Assembly (NCBI GenBank): GCA_947448675.1 | Contig: CANFOR010000001.1 | Span: 1-48,936, forward strand | DNA from: Betaproteobacteria bacterium | Lineage (GTDB): Bacteria; Pseudomonadota; Gammaproteobacteria; Burkholderiales; Burkholderiaceae_C | Direction of reading: 5' to 3' | Length of the DNA stretch: 48,936 nucleotides | Part shown: positions 19,680 through 29,078 of the stretch, piece by piece | How positions within the stretch are numbered: the first letter of the stretch is position 1 | How the letters are laid out: each line of letters opens with the position of its first letter | Made by a program: the position numbers and the translations under genes | The notes under the pieces: generated by a model | Seen by the model: the letters and a program-made list of their open reading frames with translations, nothing else | What the model was told of the DNA's origin: nothing | Database searches by the model: none

Positions 19680-20567
19680 TCAAGGCTCCTGGCGCGGAGG
19701 TTTGTAGCGGTTGTAAGTCCACAGGTACTGGCCGGGGCAGCGCAAAATCGTTCGCTCCAGCGCTGCGTTCATGGCGCGGGCGCTGTCTTCGGGCGGGCTG
19801 CTCGGCGAACACAAGAGCTGCTGCTCGGCAGCGCCCAGCGCTTCAAAATGCATAGCAAAGCGGCCCGCAGGCAAGCGCTCGCACCAGCACAAAAGCACCG
19901 CCGCGCCGGTTTGCTGGGCCAGGCGCGGCAGCAAGGTCATGGTGTAGGCGGGTTGGCCAAAAAACGGGGCCCACACGCCCTGGCCTTGCGGCGGCACTTG
20001 GTCGGGCAAGATGGCGGTGTAGCCACCGGCGCGCAGGGCTTTGAGCAAGCTGCGCACGCCCATGACGTTGGTGGGCACGGTTTGCATGCCGGGGCGCTGG
20101 CGCGAGCGCTCCACCAAGGGCTGTAGCCAGGGCTTGCGCGGCGGGCGGTACAGGGCCAGTAAGGGGCCATGCAGCGAACGGGCTTGCCCAGCAGCGGGCG
20201 TGCCGTATTGCTCGGCCAGGCATTGGCCAATCATCTCCCAGCAGCCCAGGTGGGGCAGGGCCAAGATCACGCCTTTTTGCGCGGCCAGGGCTGCGTCGAA
20301 CAGGTCTTGGCCCCGCCATTGCACACGGCCCAACACACCCACGCTGCGCGCGCGCAGCCACAGCCACGGCAACTCAGCCAGCATGCGGCCACTGGCGGCT
20401 ATGGCGGCACGGGCCTGCGGCATGGGCACGCCCGCCTGCGCCACATGGCTAGCAAAGCGCTGGCGCAGCCGAGGGGAGAGCCCCCACATCAGCCAGCCCA
20501 TGGCCGCGCCCAAGGCTTGCAAGCAGCGCAAAGGCAGGTAGGACAGCAGGCGAAACAAAATTTGCAT
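19680..20567 (-). CDS. second LpxL/LpxM-family lipid A acyltransferase
   Basis: 295 aa with HX4E motif (PHLGCWEMIG). In tandem with the previous paralogue and divergent from metK. Confidence 0.82.
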   Translation of the reverse strand: MQILFRLLSYLPLRCLQALGAAMGWLMWGLSPRLRQRFASHVAQAGVPMPQARAAIAASGRMLAELPWLWLRARSVGVLGRVQWRGQDLFDAALAAQKGVILALPHLGCWEMIGQCLAEQYGTPAAGQARSLHGPLLALYRPPRKPWLQPLVERSRQRPGMQTVPTNVMGVRSLLKALRAGGYTAILPDQVPPQGQGVWAPFFGQPAYTMTLLPRLAQQTGAAVLLCWCERLPAGRFAMHFEALGAAEQQLLCSPSSPPEDSARAMNAALERTILRCPGQYLWTYNRYKPPRQEP

Positions 20568-20816
20568 GAAGAAAAAATAAGGCCCATAACGGTGCCACCC
20601 GTGCGCAACAACAACGCGAAGGAATGCACAGCCAAGGCAGGCGGCTGAGTATCGCCCATTGGCGCCAAGCTACCCCATCAGCCGATTTAGCTACAATGGC
20701 CCCATCGCCGAGTTACTGAACAACTTGCGGGGCGATGTAAAAAAAAGACCGCTAAAGCGTTCGCCAAAGCTCCCGGCAAAGGCAACGCGCCCTTTTAACC
20801 CAACGGAGTTTATGCA

Positions 20817-21998
20817 ATGGCGAACGATTTTCTATTTACCTCTGAGTCTGTTTCTGAAGGCCACCCCGACAAGGTAGCCGACCAAATTTCAGATGCGATC
20901 CTCGACGCGATTTTCAAGCAAGACCCGCGCTCGCGCGTGGCTGCTGAAACCCTGACCAACACCGGCTTGGTCGTGCTGGCCGGTGAGATCACCACCAATG
21001 CGCATGTGGACTACATCCAGGTGGCGCGCGACACCATCAAGCGCATTGGCTACGACAACACCGAATACGGCATCGACTACAAAGGCTGCGCGGTCATGGT
21101 CTGCTACGACAAGCAGAGCAATGACATTGCCCAAGGCGTAGACCACGCCAGTGACGACCACCTGAACATTGGCGCGGGCGACCAAGGCCTGATGTTTGGC
21201 TACGCCTGCAACGAAACCCCCGAGCTGATGCCCGCGCCCATCTACTACGCGCACCGCTTGGTCGAGCGCCAGGCGCAGTTGCGCAAAGACGGCCGCCTGC
21301 CTTTTTTGCGTCCCGATGCCAAAAGCCAAGTGACCATGCGCTACGTCGACGGCAAGCCGCACAGCATCGACACCGTGGTGCTCTCGACCCAGCACGACCC
21401 CAGCCAGAGCGAAACCGCCACCAAGATGAAGGCTTCGTTCAATGAGGCCATCATTGAAGAAATCATCAAACCGGTGCTGCCCAAAGAATGGTTGCAAAAC
21501 ACCCGCTATTTGATTAACCCCACAGGCCGCTTCGTCATCGGCGGCCCCCAGGGTGACTGCGGTTTAACGGGTCGCAAAATCATTGTGGACACCTATGGTG
21601 GTGCCTGCCCGCACGGCGGCGGCGCCTTCAGCGGCAAAGACCCGAGCAAAGTAGACCGCAGCGCCGCGTACGCCGCGCGCTATGTGGCCAAAAACATTGT
21701 GGCCGCAGGCCTGGCCAAGCAGTGCCAGATCCAGGTGGCCTACGCGATTGGCGTGGCCCAGCCCATGAACGTGACCGTCTACACCGAAGGCACCGGCGTC
21801 ATCAGCGACGAGAAAATCGCCGCCCTGGTCACCGCACACTTCGACCTGCGCCCCAAAGGCATCATCCAAATGCTCGACCTGCTGCGCCCGATCTACGAAA
21901 AGACCGCCGCCTACGGCCACTTTGGCCGTGAAGAGCCTGAATTTACGTGGGAGCGGACAGACAAGGCTGCTGCGCTGCGTGCGGCTGCAGGCCTGTAA
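20817..21998 (+). CDS. metK: S-adenosylmethionine synthase
   Basis: 393 aa with [28 protein letters not shown] and other MetK signatures. Confidence 0.97.
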   Translation: MANDFLFTSESVSEGHPDKVADQISDAILDAIFKQDPRSRVAAETLTNTGLVVLAGEITTNAHVDYIQVARDTIKRIGYDNTEYGIDYKGCAVMVCYDKQSNDIAQGVDHASDDHLNIGAGDQGLMFGYACNETPELMPAPIYYAHRLVERQAQLRKDGRLPFLRPDAKSQVTMRYVDGKPHSIDTVVLSTQHDPSQSETATKMKASFNEAIIEEIIKPVLPKEWLQNTRYLINPTGRFVIGGPQGDCGLTGRKIIVDTYGGACPHGGGAFSGKDPSKVDRSAAYAARYVAKNIVAAGLAKQCQIQVAYAIGVAQPMNVTVYTEGTGVISDEKIAALVTAHFDLRPKGIIQMLDLLRPIYEKTAAYGHFGREEPEFTWERTDKAAALRAAAGL

Positions 21999-22030
21999 AA
22001 AGACACTACGCCCTTGCGGGCAGTGACGCA

Positions 22031-22060
22031 AAAAGAGGAGCCCAGTGCTCCTCTTTTTTT
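22031..22060 (+). terminator. rho-independent terminator after metK
   Basis: AGAGGAGC-CCAGT-GCTCCTCT stem-loop (22034..22054) preceded by an A-run and followed by T7. It could act in both directions. Confidence 0.8.
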
Positions 22061-22154
22061 ATGCTGCGATCCTTACAGATCATCAGCAGCGCAAACCCGC
22101 GCCAAGGGTAATCACGCATAGCCCCAGGCCCTTTTGGGTTTGAAAATACGTTTC

Positions 22155-22172
22155 GTGTACCAAACGGTACAC
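22155..22172. promoter_or_regulatory. candidate operator palindrome upstream of the ABC transporter operon
   Basis: GTGTACC-AAAC-GGTACAC (7-bp perfect arms), about 50 nt upstream of the permease GTG at 22223. No binding protein is known; a TetR gene lies at the end of the gene string. Confidence 0.25.
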
Positions 22173-22222
22173 ACCTTTCCAAGCCACCACTTCCAACCCT
22201 CCACTGCCACGACAAGGTCTGC

Positions 22223-23164
22223 GTGCTCAAGGTTTTATTGCATCGGCTGTTGATCTCCGTTCCATTGGTGTTTGCGGTCACGTTTTTGACCTTTTTCCTC
22301 AACAGTTTGGCGCCGGGCGATTTGGCACAAACCATGTTGGGGGCCGATGGCACGCGCGAGCAATACATCGCCTTGCGTGCCGATCTGGGCCTGGACAAGC
22401 CCTTGGTTCAGCAATACGGCAACTGGTTGCTGCACGCCGCGCAGTGCGACTTGGGCGTGTCTTTCTTCACCCAAGAAAAGGTGGTGACCCTGCTGAACAA
22501 CCGCATGGGCGTGACCCTTTCTATCATGCTGGGTGTACTGGTGGTGGCCGTCAGCCTGGGCCTTCTGCTGGGCGTGGTGAGCGCGCTGCGCGGCGGCTGG
22601 CTCGGGCGGGCGGTAGACGCCTTCTCTTTGCTGGGCATGGTCTTCCCCTCGTTCTTTGTGGCCCTGCTCTTGATTTTGGTGTTTGCGGTCACCCTGCGCT
22701 GGTTGCCTGCCACGGGCTACACCATGTTCAGCGAAAGCCCCCGGGCTTGGGCCCTGGGCTTGGTTTTGCCGGTGATGGCCTCGGCCTTTATTGCCGTGAC
22801 GAATATCGCCAAGCAAACCCGCGACGCCATGAACGACGTGATGGGCCGCGACTTTATTCGCGCCTTGCGCGCCTGCGGAGTGAGCGAGCGCAGCGTGGTC
22901 TGGAAGCACGGCCTGCGCAACGCGGCCCTGCCCGTTGTCACAGTGTTTGGCATCGTCATGGTGACGGTGATCAGCAACACCGTGTTTGTCGAACGCATTT
23001 TTGTGCTGCCCGGCATTGGCAGCTTGGCCAGCACGGCGGTGCAGACCAAAGACATTGCCGTGCTGCAGGGCGCGGCCCTGTACTACACCCTCAGCACGGT
23101 AGTGATTAACTTGCTGGTGGACTTGAGCTACAGCTGGCTCAACCCCAAGCTGCGGTTTGTATGA
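22223..23164 (+). CDS. Opp/Dpp-type ABC transporter permease (DppB-like)
   Basis: 313 aa, about 6 TM helices, N-terminus typical of DppB/OppB (MLKVLLHRLL...FLLNSLAPGD). Confidence 0.9.
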   Translation: MLKVLLHRLLISVPLVFAVTFLTFFLNSLAPGDLAQTMLGADGTREQYIALRADLGLDKPLVQQYGNWLLHAAQCDLGVSFFTQEKVVTLLNNRMGVTLSIMLGVLVVAVSLGLLLGVVSALRGGWLGRAVDAFSLLGMVFPSFFVALLLILVFAVTLRWLPATGYTMFSESPRAWALGLVLPVMASAFIAVTNIAKQTRDAMNDVMGRDFIRALRACGVSERSVVWKHGLRNAALPVVTVFGIVMVTVISNTVFVERIFVLPGIGSLASTAVQTKDIAVLQGAALYYTLSTVVINLLVDLSYSWLNPKLRFV

Positions 23165-24966
23165 GCGCTACACAAAACATAGCTGCCAACGCAGCATCCA
23201 CGGCCCTTGCGCCATTTTCGCCCACATTGCGCATGGCTTTTGTGCGAAATGTGCTGAAGCGCCCTCTGGCTTTGTTGGCCTTGGTGTGGATCGTGGCCAT
23301 TGTGTTGGGTGCTGTGTTGGCGGGGCAACTCGCGCCCTTTGACCCACTGGAGCAAGACCTGTTGGCGCTGAAACTATGGCCTTCACCCGAGCATTGGCTT
23401 GGCACCGACGCTTTGGGCCGCGACGTCTGGAGCCGCCTGCTGTTTGGTCTGCGGCCCACGCTGGAGGGCATTGTCGAAGGCGTGCTGGTCTGCGCGCTCT
23501 TGGGTCTGCCCCTGGGCATTACCGCCGGTTATTTTGGTGGCTGGTGGGACAAATGCGTGCTGCAGTACGTGAGCTTGCTGCAGTCGATGCCCGGCATTGT
23601 GGTGATCTTTGCCGTGCTGGCGGTGTTTGGCCAGTCGATGCTGGTGTCGATGGTGACCTTTGGCGTCTTGGGTTCGGCGGGCGTCTCGCGCGTCGTGCGC
23701 AGCGCCACGCTGTCGGTGCGCGAAGAGCTGTACATCGCGGCGGCGCGCATCAGTGGCCTGAGCGACGCGGCGATTTTGCTGCGCCATGTGCTGCCACGCA
23801 TTGCGGGCCCGGTCATCGTGCAATTGTCTTTGTTTGCGGGCATTACCATCATTGTGCAAACTGGGCTTAATTTTTTGAACTTTGGCGTGCCTCCGCCCGC
23901 GCCCAGCTGGGGTGGCATGATCTTTGAAGCCGCTGCCAGCTTGAACGACTTTCCATGGCTGCTGGTGCCCTCGGGCGGCGTGGTGGCCATCAGCATCTTG
24001 GCCTTTGGTTTTTTAGGTGACAGCCTGCGTGACGCCAGCACCGAGTCGTGGACGCGGCCCAGCAAGCGCCAAAGTGCGGCCGTGCGCCAGGCCAGCATGC
24101 CCGCTGACATTCCTGCAGGTGCGCTGTTGTCTTTACGCAATGTGTGCATTGCCACAGGCAGCGGTGCCAGCGAGCGCCTGCTGGTGCAGGGTTTGAACCT
24201 CAACCTGCAAGCGGGCGAAACCCTTGGCATAGTGGGCGAGTCGGGCAGCGGCAAAACCATGGGCATCTTGGCCCTGATGGGCCTCTTGCCACCGGGCACG
24301 CACATCGTCTCGGGCACGGCGGTGATTCGCGGTGAGTTGATCGACCTGTCCAACCTGCCGCGTTTGGCCCAGCTGCGCGGCAAGGTGCTGGGCATGATTT
24401 TTCAAGAGCCCATGGCAGCGCTCGACCCGTGTTTTAGCATCGGCTACCAACTTGCCGAAGTGCTGCGACTGCAAGGCAAGTTCAGCGTGCAAGAGATTCA
24501 GCGCAAAGTCATTGCGTTGCTGGAGCAGGTCAAAATCCCCAACCCGCACGATGTTGCGCAGCGCTACCCGCACCAAATTTCGGGCGGCATGGCGCAACGG
24601 GTGGGCATTGCGCGGGCCCTGGCCTGTGAGCCTGCCATTTTGCTGGCCGACGAGCCCACCACGGCGCTGGATGTGACGGTGCAGTCTGACATCTTGGCCT
24701 TGCTGCGCTCGCTCTGCGCATCACGCCAAATGGCCATGCTGTTTGTCACCCACGACTGGGGCGTGGTAGCCGATATTTGTGACCGCGCCATGGTGCTGCG
24801 CCACGGCCAGGTGCTGGAGTCTGCCAACGTAGTAGACCTGTACCACCGTCCGCAACACCCCTATACCCGGGCTCTGGTAGCGGCCAACCCGCACAACAGC
24901 ACACCGGGGCAGCGCTTGCCCACGGTGGACGATATGCTGCAATCCGCAGCCGCACAGGCCCTATGA
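23161..24966 (+). CDS. fused ABC permease (DppC-like) / ATP-binding (DppD-like) protein
   Basis: 601 aa. The N-terminal ~300 aa are a polytopic permease. The C-terminal half has Walker A GESGSGKT, signature ISGGMAQR and Walker B LLADEPTTALD. ATGA overlap with the previous gene. Confidence 0.9.
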   Translation: MSATQNIAANAASTALAPFSPTLRMAFVRNVLKRPLALLALVWIVAIVLGAVLAGQLAPFDPLEQDLLALKLWPSPEHWLGTDALGRDVWSRLLFGLRPTLEGIVEGVLVCALLGLPLGITAGYFGGWWDKCVLQYVSLLQSMPGIVVIFAVLAVFGQSMLVSMVTFGVLGSAGVSRVVRSATLSVREELYIAAARISGLSDAAILLRHVLPRIAGPVIVQLSLFAGITIIVQTGLNFLNFGVPPPAPSWGGMIFEAAASLNDFPWLLVPSGGVVAISILAFGFLGDSLRDASTESWTRPSKRQSAAVRQASMPADIPAGALLSLRNVCIATGSGASERLLVQGLNLNLQAGETLGIVGESGSGKTMGILALMGLLPPGTHIVSGTAVIRGELIDLSNLPRLAQLRGKVLGMIFQEPMAALDPCFSIGYQLAEVLRLQGKFSVQEIQRKVIALLEQVKIPNPHDVAQRYPHQISGGMAQRVGIARALACEPAILLADEPTTALDVTVQSDILALLRSLCASRQMAMLFVTHDWGVVADICDRAMVLRHGQVLESANVVDLYHRPQHPYTRALVAANPHNSTPGQRLPTVDDMLQSAAAQAL

Positions 24967-25835
24967 GCACGCAATGGAGCACGCAATGGAGCGCTCCATT
25001 GCGCACCCCACTGCTGCAAGTACACGACCTGCATGTGCGCTACCCTCTGGCGCGGGGCAAAAGCTTCCATGCACTCCAAGGGGTGAGCCTTTGCATCCAC
25101 CCGGGCGAAACCCTGGGTTTGGTGGGCGAATCGGGTTCGGGCAAATCTACCTTGGGCAAAGTCATCTTGGGTTTGCAGCAAGCCAGCAGTGGCTCGGTGC
25201 ATTTTGACGGCCAAGACATCACCCACACCAGCCGCAGCCAACGCCGCGCCCTGGCCCGCGACCTGCAAGTGATTTTTCAAGACCCCTATGGTTCGCTCAA
25301 CCCAGCCCGTTTGATTGGCGACACCTTGGCCGAGCCCTTGCTGCAAGACAAAACCCTGGGCCGCAGCGAAGTGCAAGCGCGCATTGCCGGTGTGCTGGCC
25401 CGCGTCGGCATGCCGCCCGACACGGCCGCCCGCTACCCCGGGCAGTTCTCGGGCGGGCAACGCCAACGCATTGCCATTGCCCGCGCGGTCATCGGCAAGC
25501 CCCGTTTGGTGGTCTGCGACGAGCCCGTGAGCGCACTCGATTTGTCGGTGCAGGCCCAGGTGCTCAACCTTCTGTCTGAATTGCAGCAGAGCATGGGCTT
25601 GGCTTTGCTGTTTATCTCGCACGACCTCACGGTTGTGCGCCATGTGTCGCACCGCACCATGGTGCTATACCAAGGCGCCATCGTCGAGCAAGGCAGCGCC
25701 CAACAAATCCATAGCCATCCGCAGCACCCCTATACCCGCGCCCTGCTTGACGCCGCGCCCGTGCCCGACCCGCTGCTGCAACGCGAACGGCGCGCGCGCC
25801 AGGCCCTGGTACGCGCCAGTAGCGCTGGCCCATGA
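24963..25835 (+). CDS. Opp/Dpp-type ABC ATP-binding protein (DppF-like)
   Basis: Walker A GESGSGKST, signature FSGGQRQR, Walker B VVCDEPVSALD. ATGA overlap with the upstream gene. Confidence 0.9.
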   Translation: MSTQWSTQWSAPLRTPLLQVHDLHVRYPLARGKSFHALQGVSLCIHPGETLGLVGESGSGKSTLGKVILGLQQASSGSVHFDGQDITHTSRSQRRALARDLQVIFQDPYGSLNPARLIGDTLAEPLLQDKTLGRSEVQARIAGVLARVGMPPDTAARYPGQFSGGQRQRIAIARAVIGKPRLVVCDEPVSALDLSVQAQVLNLLSELQQSMGLALLFISHDLTVVRHVSHRTMVLYQGAIVEQGSAQQIHSHPQHPYTRALLDAAPVPDPLLQRERRARQALVRASSAGP

Positions 25836-25930
25836 GTGACGCATCGACGGCACATCAGCGGCGCAGCCATCCACCCTAGACTCCCTTCGATTTTTATATT
25901 TTTCAGCCCTTCATTTCAACAGGAGACTTT

Positions 25931-27511
25931 ATGAAAAACCTTCGTTTAACCTCTACCAGCACCATCACCACACGCCGCCGCATCTTGCACAGCACGGTAG
26001 CCGGTGCAACCATGCTCTGCATGGGCTTGCTCAGTGGCACCACCGCTCTGGCGCAAGGCGCAAAAGTGCTCACCGTGGGCGGCCCGATTGCGCCGCTCAG
26101 CATGGACCCGGCCCTGAGCGGCAATGGCCGTGCGGGTTTGTTTTTGTCACCCGCCTACGAGCCTTTGATTCGTACTTTGGCCGACGGCAAATTTGCCCCT
26201 GGCTTGGCCATCGCCTGGTCGCTCTCGGCTGACAGCAAAGAGGCCATGTTCACTATTCGGCAAGACGCCAAGTTCAGCGACGGCGAGCCCGTGACGGCCG
26301 AAGCGGTTAAAAAATCTATTGAATACTGGCGCGCTAAAAAAGGCGGGCCCTTTACCGCCAACTTGGCCACCGTGACCAGCATCGACGTGGTCGACAAAAC
26401 CAAAGTGCGCATTCGCGTCTCAGCACCCCAACCCAATTTGCTCAACCTGTTTGACGCGTATTGGAACGTGGGCGACATCATCAGCCCCAAGGGCGTGGAC
26501 GCACCCGAACAATTGGCCAACAAAACCTTTGGCGCAGGGCCCTACAAACTCGACAATGCGGCCACCATCACGGGCAAGTCTTACACCTATGTGCCCAACG
26601 AACATTACTACGACAAGTCGCGCATCAAGTGGGACAAAGTCGTTATCAGCGTGTTTGAAGACCAAAACTCGGCCATCTCGGCTGTCAAGGCCGGACAAGT
26701 GAAGTTTTTGGTGAGCGACCCATTCACCGCCAACCAAAATTCTAAAAACCTGCCCAGCGACGTGCAAATTATTTCCAACCCTGCAGGTTGGAGCGGCCTG
26801 ATTTTGATGGACCGTGACGGCCAGGTGCAACCCGAGCTGAAAGACGTGCGCGTGCGCCAAGCCATAAACTACGCGCTCGACCGCAAGCTGCTGAGCAGCG
26901 CCCTGTTTGGCCAGTTTGGCGAGCCGCTGACCCAGCTGCAAGGCAAGGGCTTTGGTGGCAATGACCCCAAGCTCGAAGAGCGCTACACCTACAACCCGGC
27001 CAAGGCCAAGCAGCTGCTGGCTGCGGCGGGCTACAAAGACGGTTTTGATTTAAAAATTGCCTACGTCAATAACACCTTGAGTGTTTTTCAAACCCAGGCG
27101 CTGGCAGGGCAATTGAAGAAAGTCGGCATCAACGTCAAGCCCACCGAGTTGGCCAATTTTGGGGCCATGCTGGCCGGTATGCGCGCCAAAACCATCTCGG
27201 GTTTGGTGTTCAACAGCAACTTTGGCGTGCCCAATTTGGCGCGCTTTCAAACCCTGGACCCCAAAGGCAATTTGAACTTCTACGGCAGTGAAGACGCCGA
27301 GCTGAGCAAGCTGGTTGCTGAGGCTGCTGGCCTGCCCGCCGACAAGGCCAACGCCAGTTGGCAAAAGGTCTACGGTCGTGCGGTCGAGCTGGCTTGGTTC
27401 GCCCCTGTGGCGGCGACCCACGTGGTGTACTTTGCGTCCAAGTCGGTCAAAGCGCCCAAGGCTGGGCAGTCGTTTGTGATCGACCTGATCGACGTGGTTC
27501 CCGCGCAATAA
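25931..27511 (+). CDS. ABC substrate-binding protein, family 5 (peptide/nickel/opine type), Tat signal
   Basis: 526 aa with N-terminal TRRRIL twin-arginine signal ending ALAQG. Size and composition match family-5 binding proteins. AGGAG Shine-Dalgarno upstream. Confidence 0.88.
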   Translation: MKNLRLTSTSTITTRRRILHSTVAGATMLCMGLLSGTTALAQGAKVLTVGGPIAPLSMDPALSGNGRAGLFLSPAYEPLIRTLADGKFAPGLAIAWSLSADSKEAMFTIRQDAKFSDGEPVTAEAVKKSIEYWRAKKGGPFTANLATVTSIDVVDKTKVRIRVSAPQPNLLNLFDAYWNVGDIISPKGVDAPEQLANKTFGAGPYKLDNAATITGKSYTYVPNEHYYDKSRIKWDKVVISVFEDQNSAISAVKAGQVKFLVSDPFTANQNSKNLPSDVQIISNPAGWSGLILMDRDGQVQPELKDVRVRQAINYALDRKLLSSALFGQFGEPLTQLQGKGFGGNDPKLEERYTYNPAKAKQLLAAAGYKDGFDLKIAYVNNTLSVFQTQALAGQLKKVGINVKPTELANFGAMLAGMRAKTISGLVFNSNFGVPNLARFQTLDPKGNLNFYGSEDAELSKLVAEAAGLPADKANASWQKVYGRAVELAWFAPVAATHVVYFASKSVKAPKAGQSFVIDLIDVVPAQ

Positions 27512-27528
27512 ATCCAAGGCTACACAAC

Positions 27529-28443
27529 ATGATCGAAGCGATTGAAAAAACCCCGCTCGACCCGGCCATTGCGCAGATGGAATTGCGCTGGAAGGAGTCG
27601 GGCATCCCCGGCCTGTATGACGGTGGCAATGGCCCGGTGAGCCGCGAGCGCGCCGACAATGTGCGCGCCCTGCTCTACCCCAAACCCAAGCTAACCACAG
27701 GGCGCATCGAACGCTATGAAATTAAGAGCACCGATGGCACAACCATAGCGCTTCGCGGCTACTTTCCTGCAGCGGGCGAGAGCGTGGGCACAGTGGTGGT
27801 GTTCCATGGCGGCGGTTGGATGGTGGGCAGCATTGACTCGCACGAAGCCCATGCGATTCGTTTGGCCAACCGCGCCGGGGTGGTGGTGCTGAGCGTCGAA
27901 TACCGCTTAGCCCCCGAGCACCGCTTTCCCAAGGCCGTAGAAGACGCGATGGCCGCCGTGCGCTGGGCCGCGCAAAACCTGGGCAGTCTGGACGGAAGCA
28001 ACCAACCCTTGGCCGTGAGTGGCGACAGCGCCGGAGGCAACTTAGCGGCCGTGTGTGCCGTGCTGTGCCGCGATGAAGGCATTGCCCTGGCTGCGCAGCT
28101 CTTGGTCTACCCCGCTACCAACCTGGCGGGCCGGGCTGGCCCTGAGCAACTCTACTTGGGCGACAACGCAGAAAGTGTGGCACGCGACCCACGCGCCTCG
28201 CCCTTGCTCACGCCCTCGTTGGCAGGCGTAGCGCCGGCCATCATTGGCGTGGGTGCACACGACTTTTTGTACCAAGACAACCTGGCCTATGCACAAGCAT
28301 TGGAGCGCGCCGGTGTGCCCATTGCACTGATGCAATGGCCCAACCTGAACCACGGTTTTTGCAGCTTTACTGCCATCTCGCCCGCCAGTGAGGCGGCGGC
28401 CAACGCCTTGTACGAGGCCTTGGGCAAGTTGTTGCGCTCGTGA
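27529..28443 (+). CDS. alpha/beta hydrolase, hormone-sensitive-lipase (family IV) type esterase
   Basis: HGGGW oxyanion motif, GDSAGG nucleophile elbow and a C-terminal His (NHGF). Start taken at MIEAIEK (27529). Confidence 0.85.
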   Translation: MIEAIEKTPLDPAIAQMELRWKESGIPGLYDGGNGPVSRERADNVRALLYPKPKLTTGRIERYEIKSTDGTTIALRGYFPAAGESVGTVVVFHGGGWMVGSIDSHEAHAIRLANRAGVVVLSVEYRLAPEHRFPKAVEDAMAAVRWAAQNLGSLDGSNQPLAVSGDSAGGNLAAVCAVLCRDEGIALAAQLLVYPATNLAGRAGPEQLYLGDNAESVARDPRASPLLTPSLAGVAPAIIGVGAHDFLYQDNLAYAQALERAGVPIALMQWPNLNHGFCSFTAISPASEAAANALYEALGKLLRS

Positions 28444-29078
28444 GCATTGCGCCGTCACCCCGCATGGAACCGGTCGCGCTCGACATCCTCAAAGTGGCGC
28501 TCAGCGAGTTTGCCAACTTTGGTTTGGCGGGCGCGCGGGTCGATGCCATTGTGGCCCGCACGCAGACCAGCAAGCGCATGGTCTACTACCATTTTGGTAG
28601 CAAAGAAGGTTTGTACAAAGCTGTGCTCGAGTATGCCTACCGCGCCGTGCGCGAGCCCGGGCCGTTTGCCATTCCCCATGGCACAGCGCCCTTGCAAGCC
28701 ATTGGCCTCTTGGCTGCGCAGGCCTTTGACAGCTTTTGTGCCCAGCCCGATTTTGTACGCCTGACCCTGCAAGAAAACCTGCAAGGCGCGCCCTACCTGC
28801 GGGCCTCGCCCGAGATCGTGCAGCTCAATCACGCGGGCTTGGCGGGCCTAGAACACATCGTACATGCGGGCCAAGCCGACGGCACGCTGCGCCCCGAGCT
28901 GCGCGCCATAGACGTGTACATCAACTTTGTCGGCCTGTGCTCGTACCATATCTCGGCGCGCAACAGCTACCAAGCCGTGTTTGGCGTAGACCTCGCCGAG
29001 CCCGCGCAAGCCCAGGCACGCCGCGCCGCTATTGTCGATACACTGATTCGCTATGTCCGAGCTGACCCACACCCTTGA
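28440..29078 (+). CDS. TetR/AcrR family transcriptional regulator
   Basis: 212 aa. The N-terminal HTH (...ARVDAIVARTQTSKRMVYYHFGSKEGLY) is typical TetR_N. The GTG start overlaps the esterase stop. Confidence 0.85.
   Translation: MSIAPSPRMEPVALDILKVALSEFANFGLAGARVDAIVARTQTSKRMVYYHFGSKEGLYKAVLEYAYRAVREPGPFAIPHGTAPLQAIGLLAAQAFDSFCAQPDFVRLTLQENLQGAPYLRASPEIVQLNHAGLAGLEHIVHAGQADGTLRPELRAIDVYINFVGLCSYHISARNSYQAVFGVDLAEPAQAQARRAAIVDTLIRYVRADPHP

Noticed and set aside
22061-22154. Possible small RNA or extra hairpin (GCTGCGATC...GATCATCAGCAGC) just after the metK terminator.
   Set aside because: The stem is imperfect and bulged, and I see no promoter or terminator of its own. More likely part of the terminator/promoter spacer.
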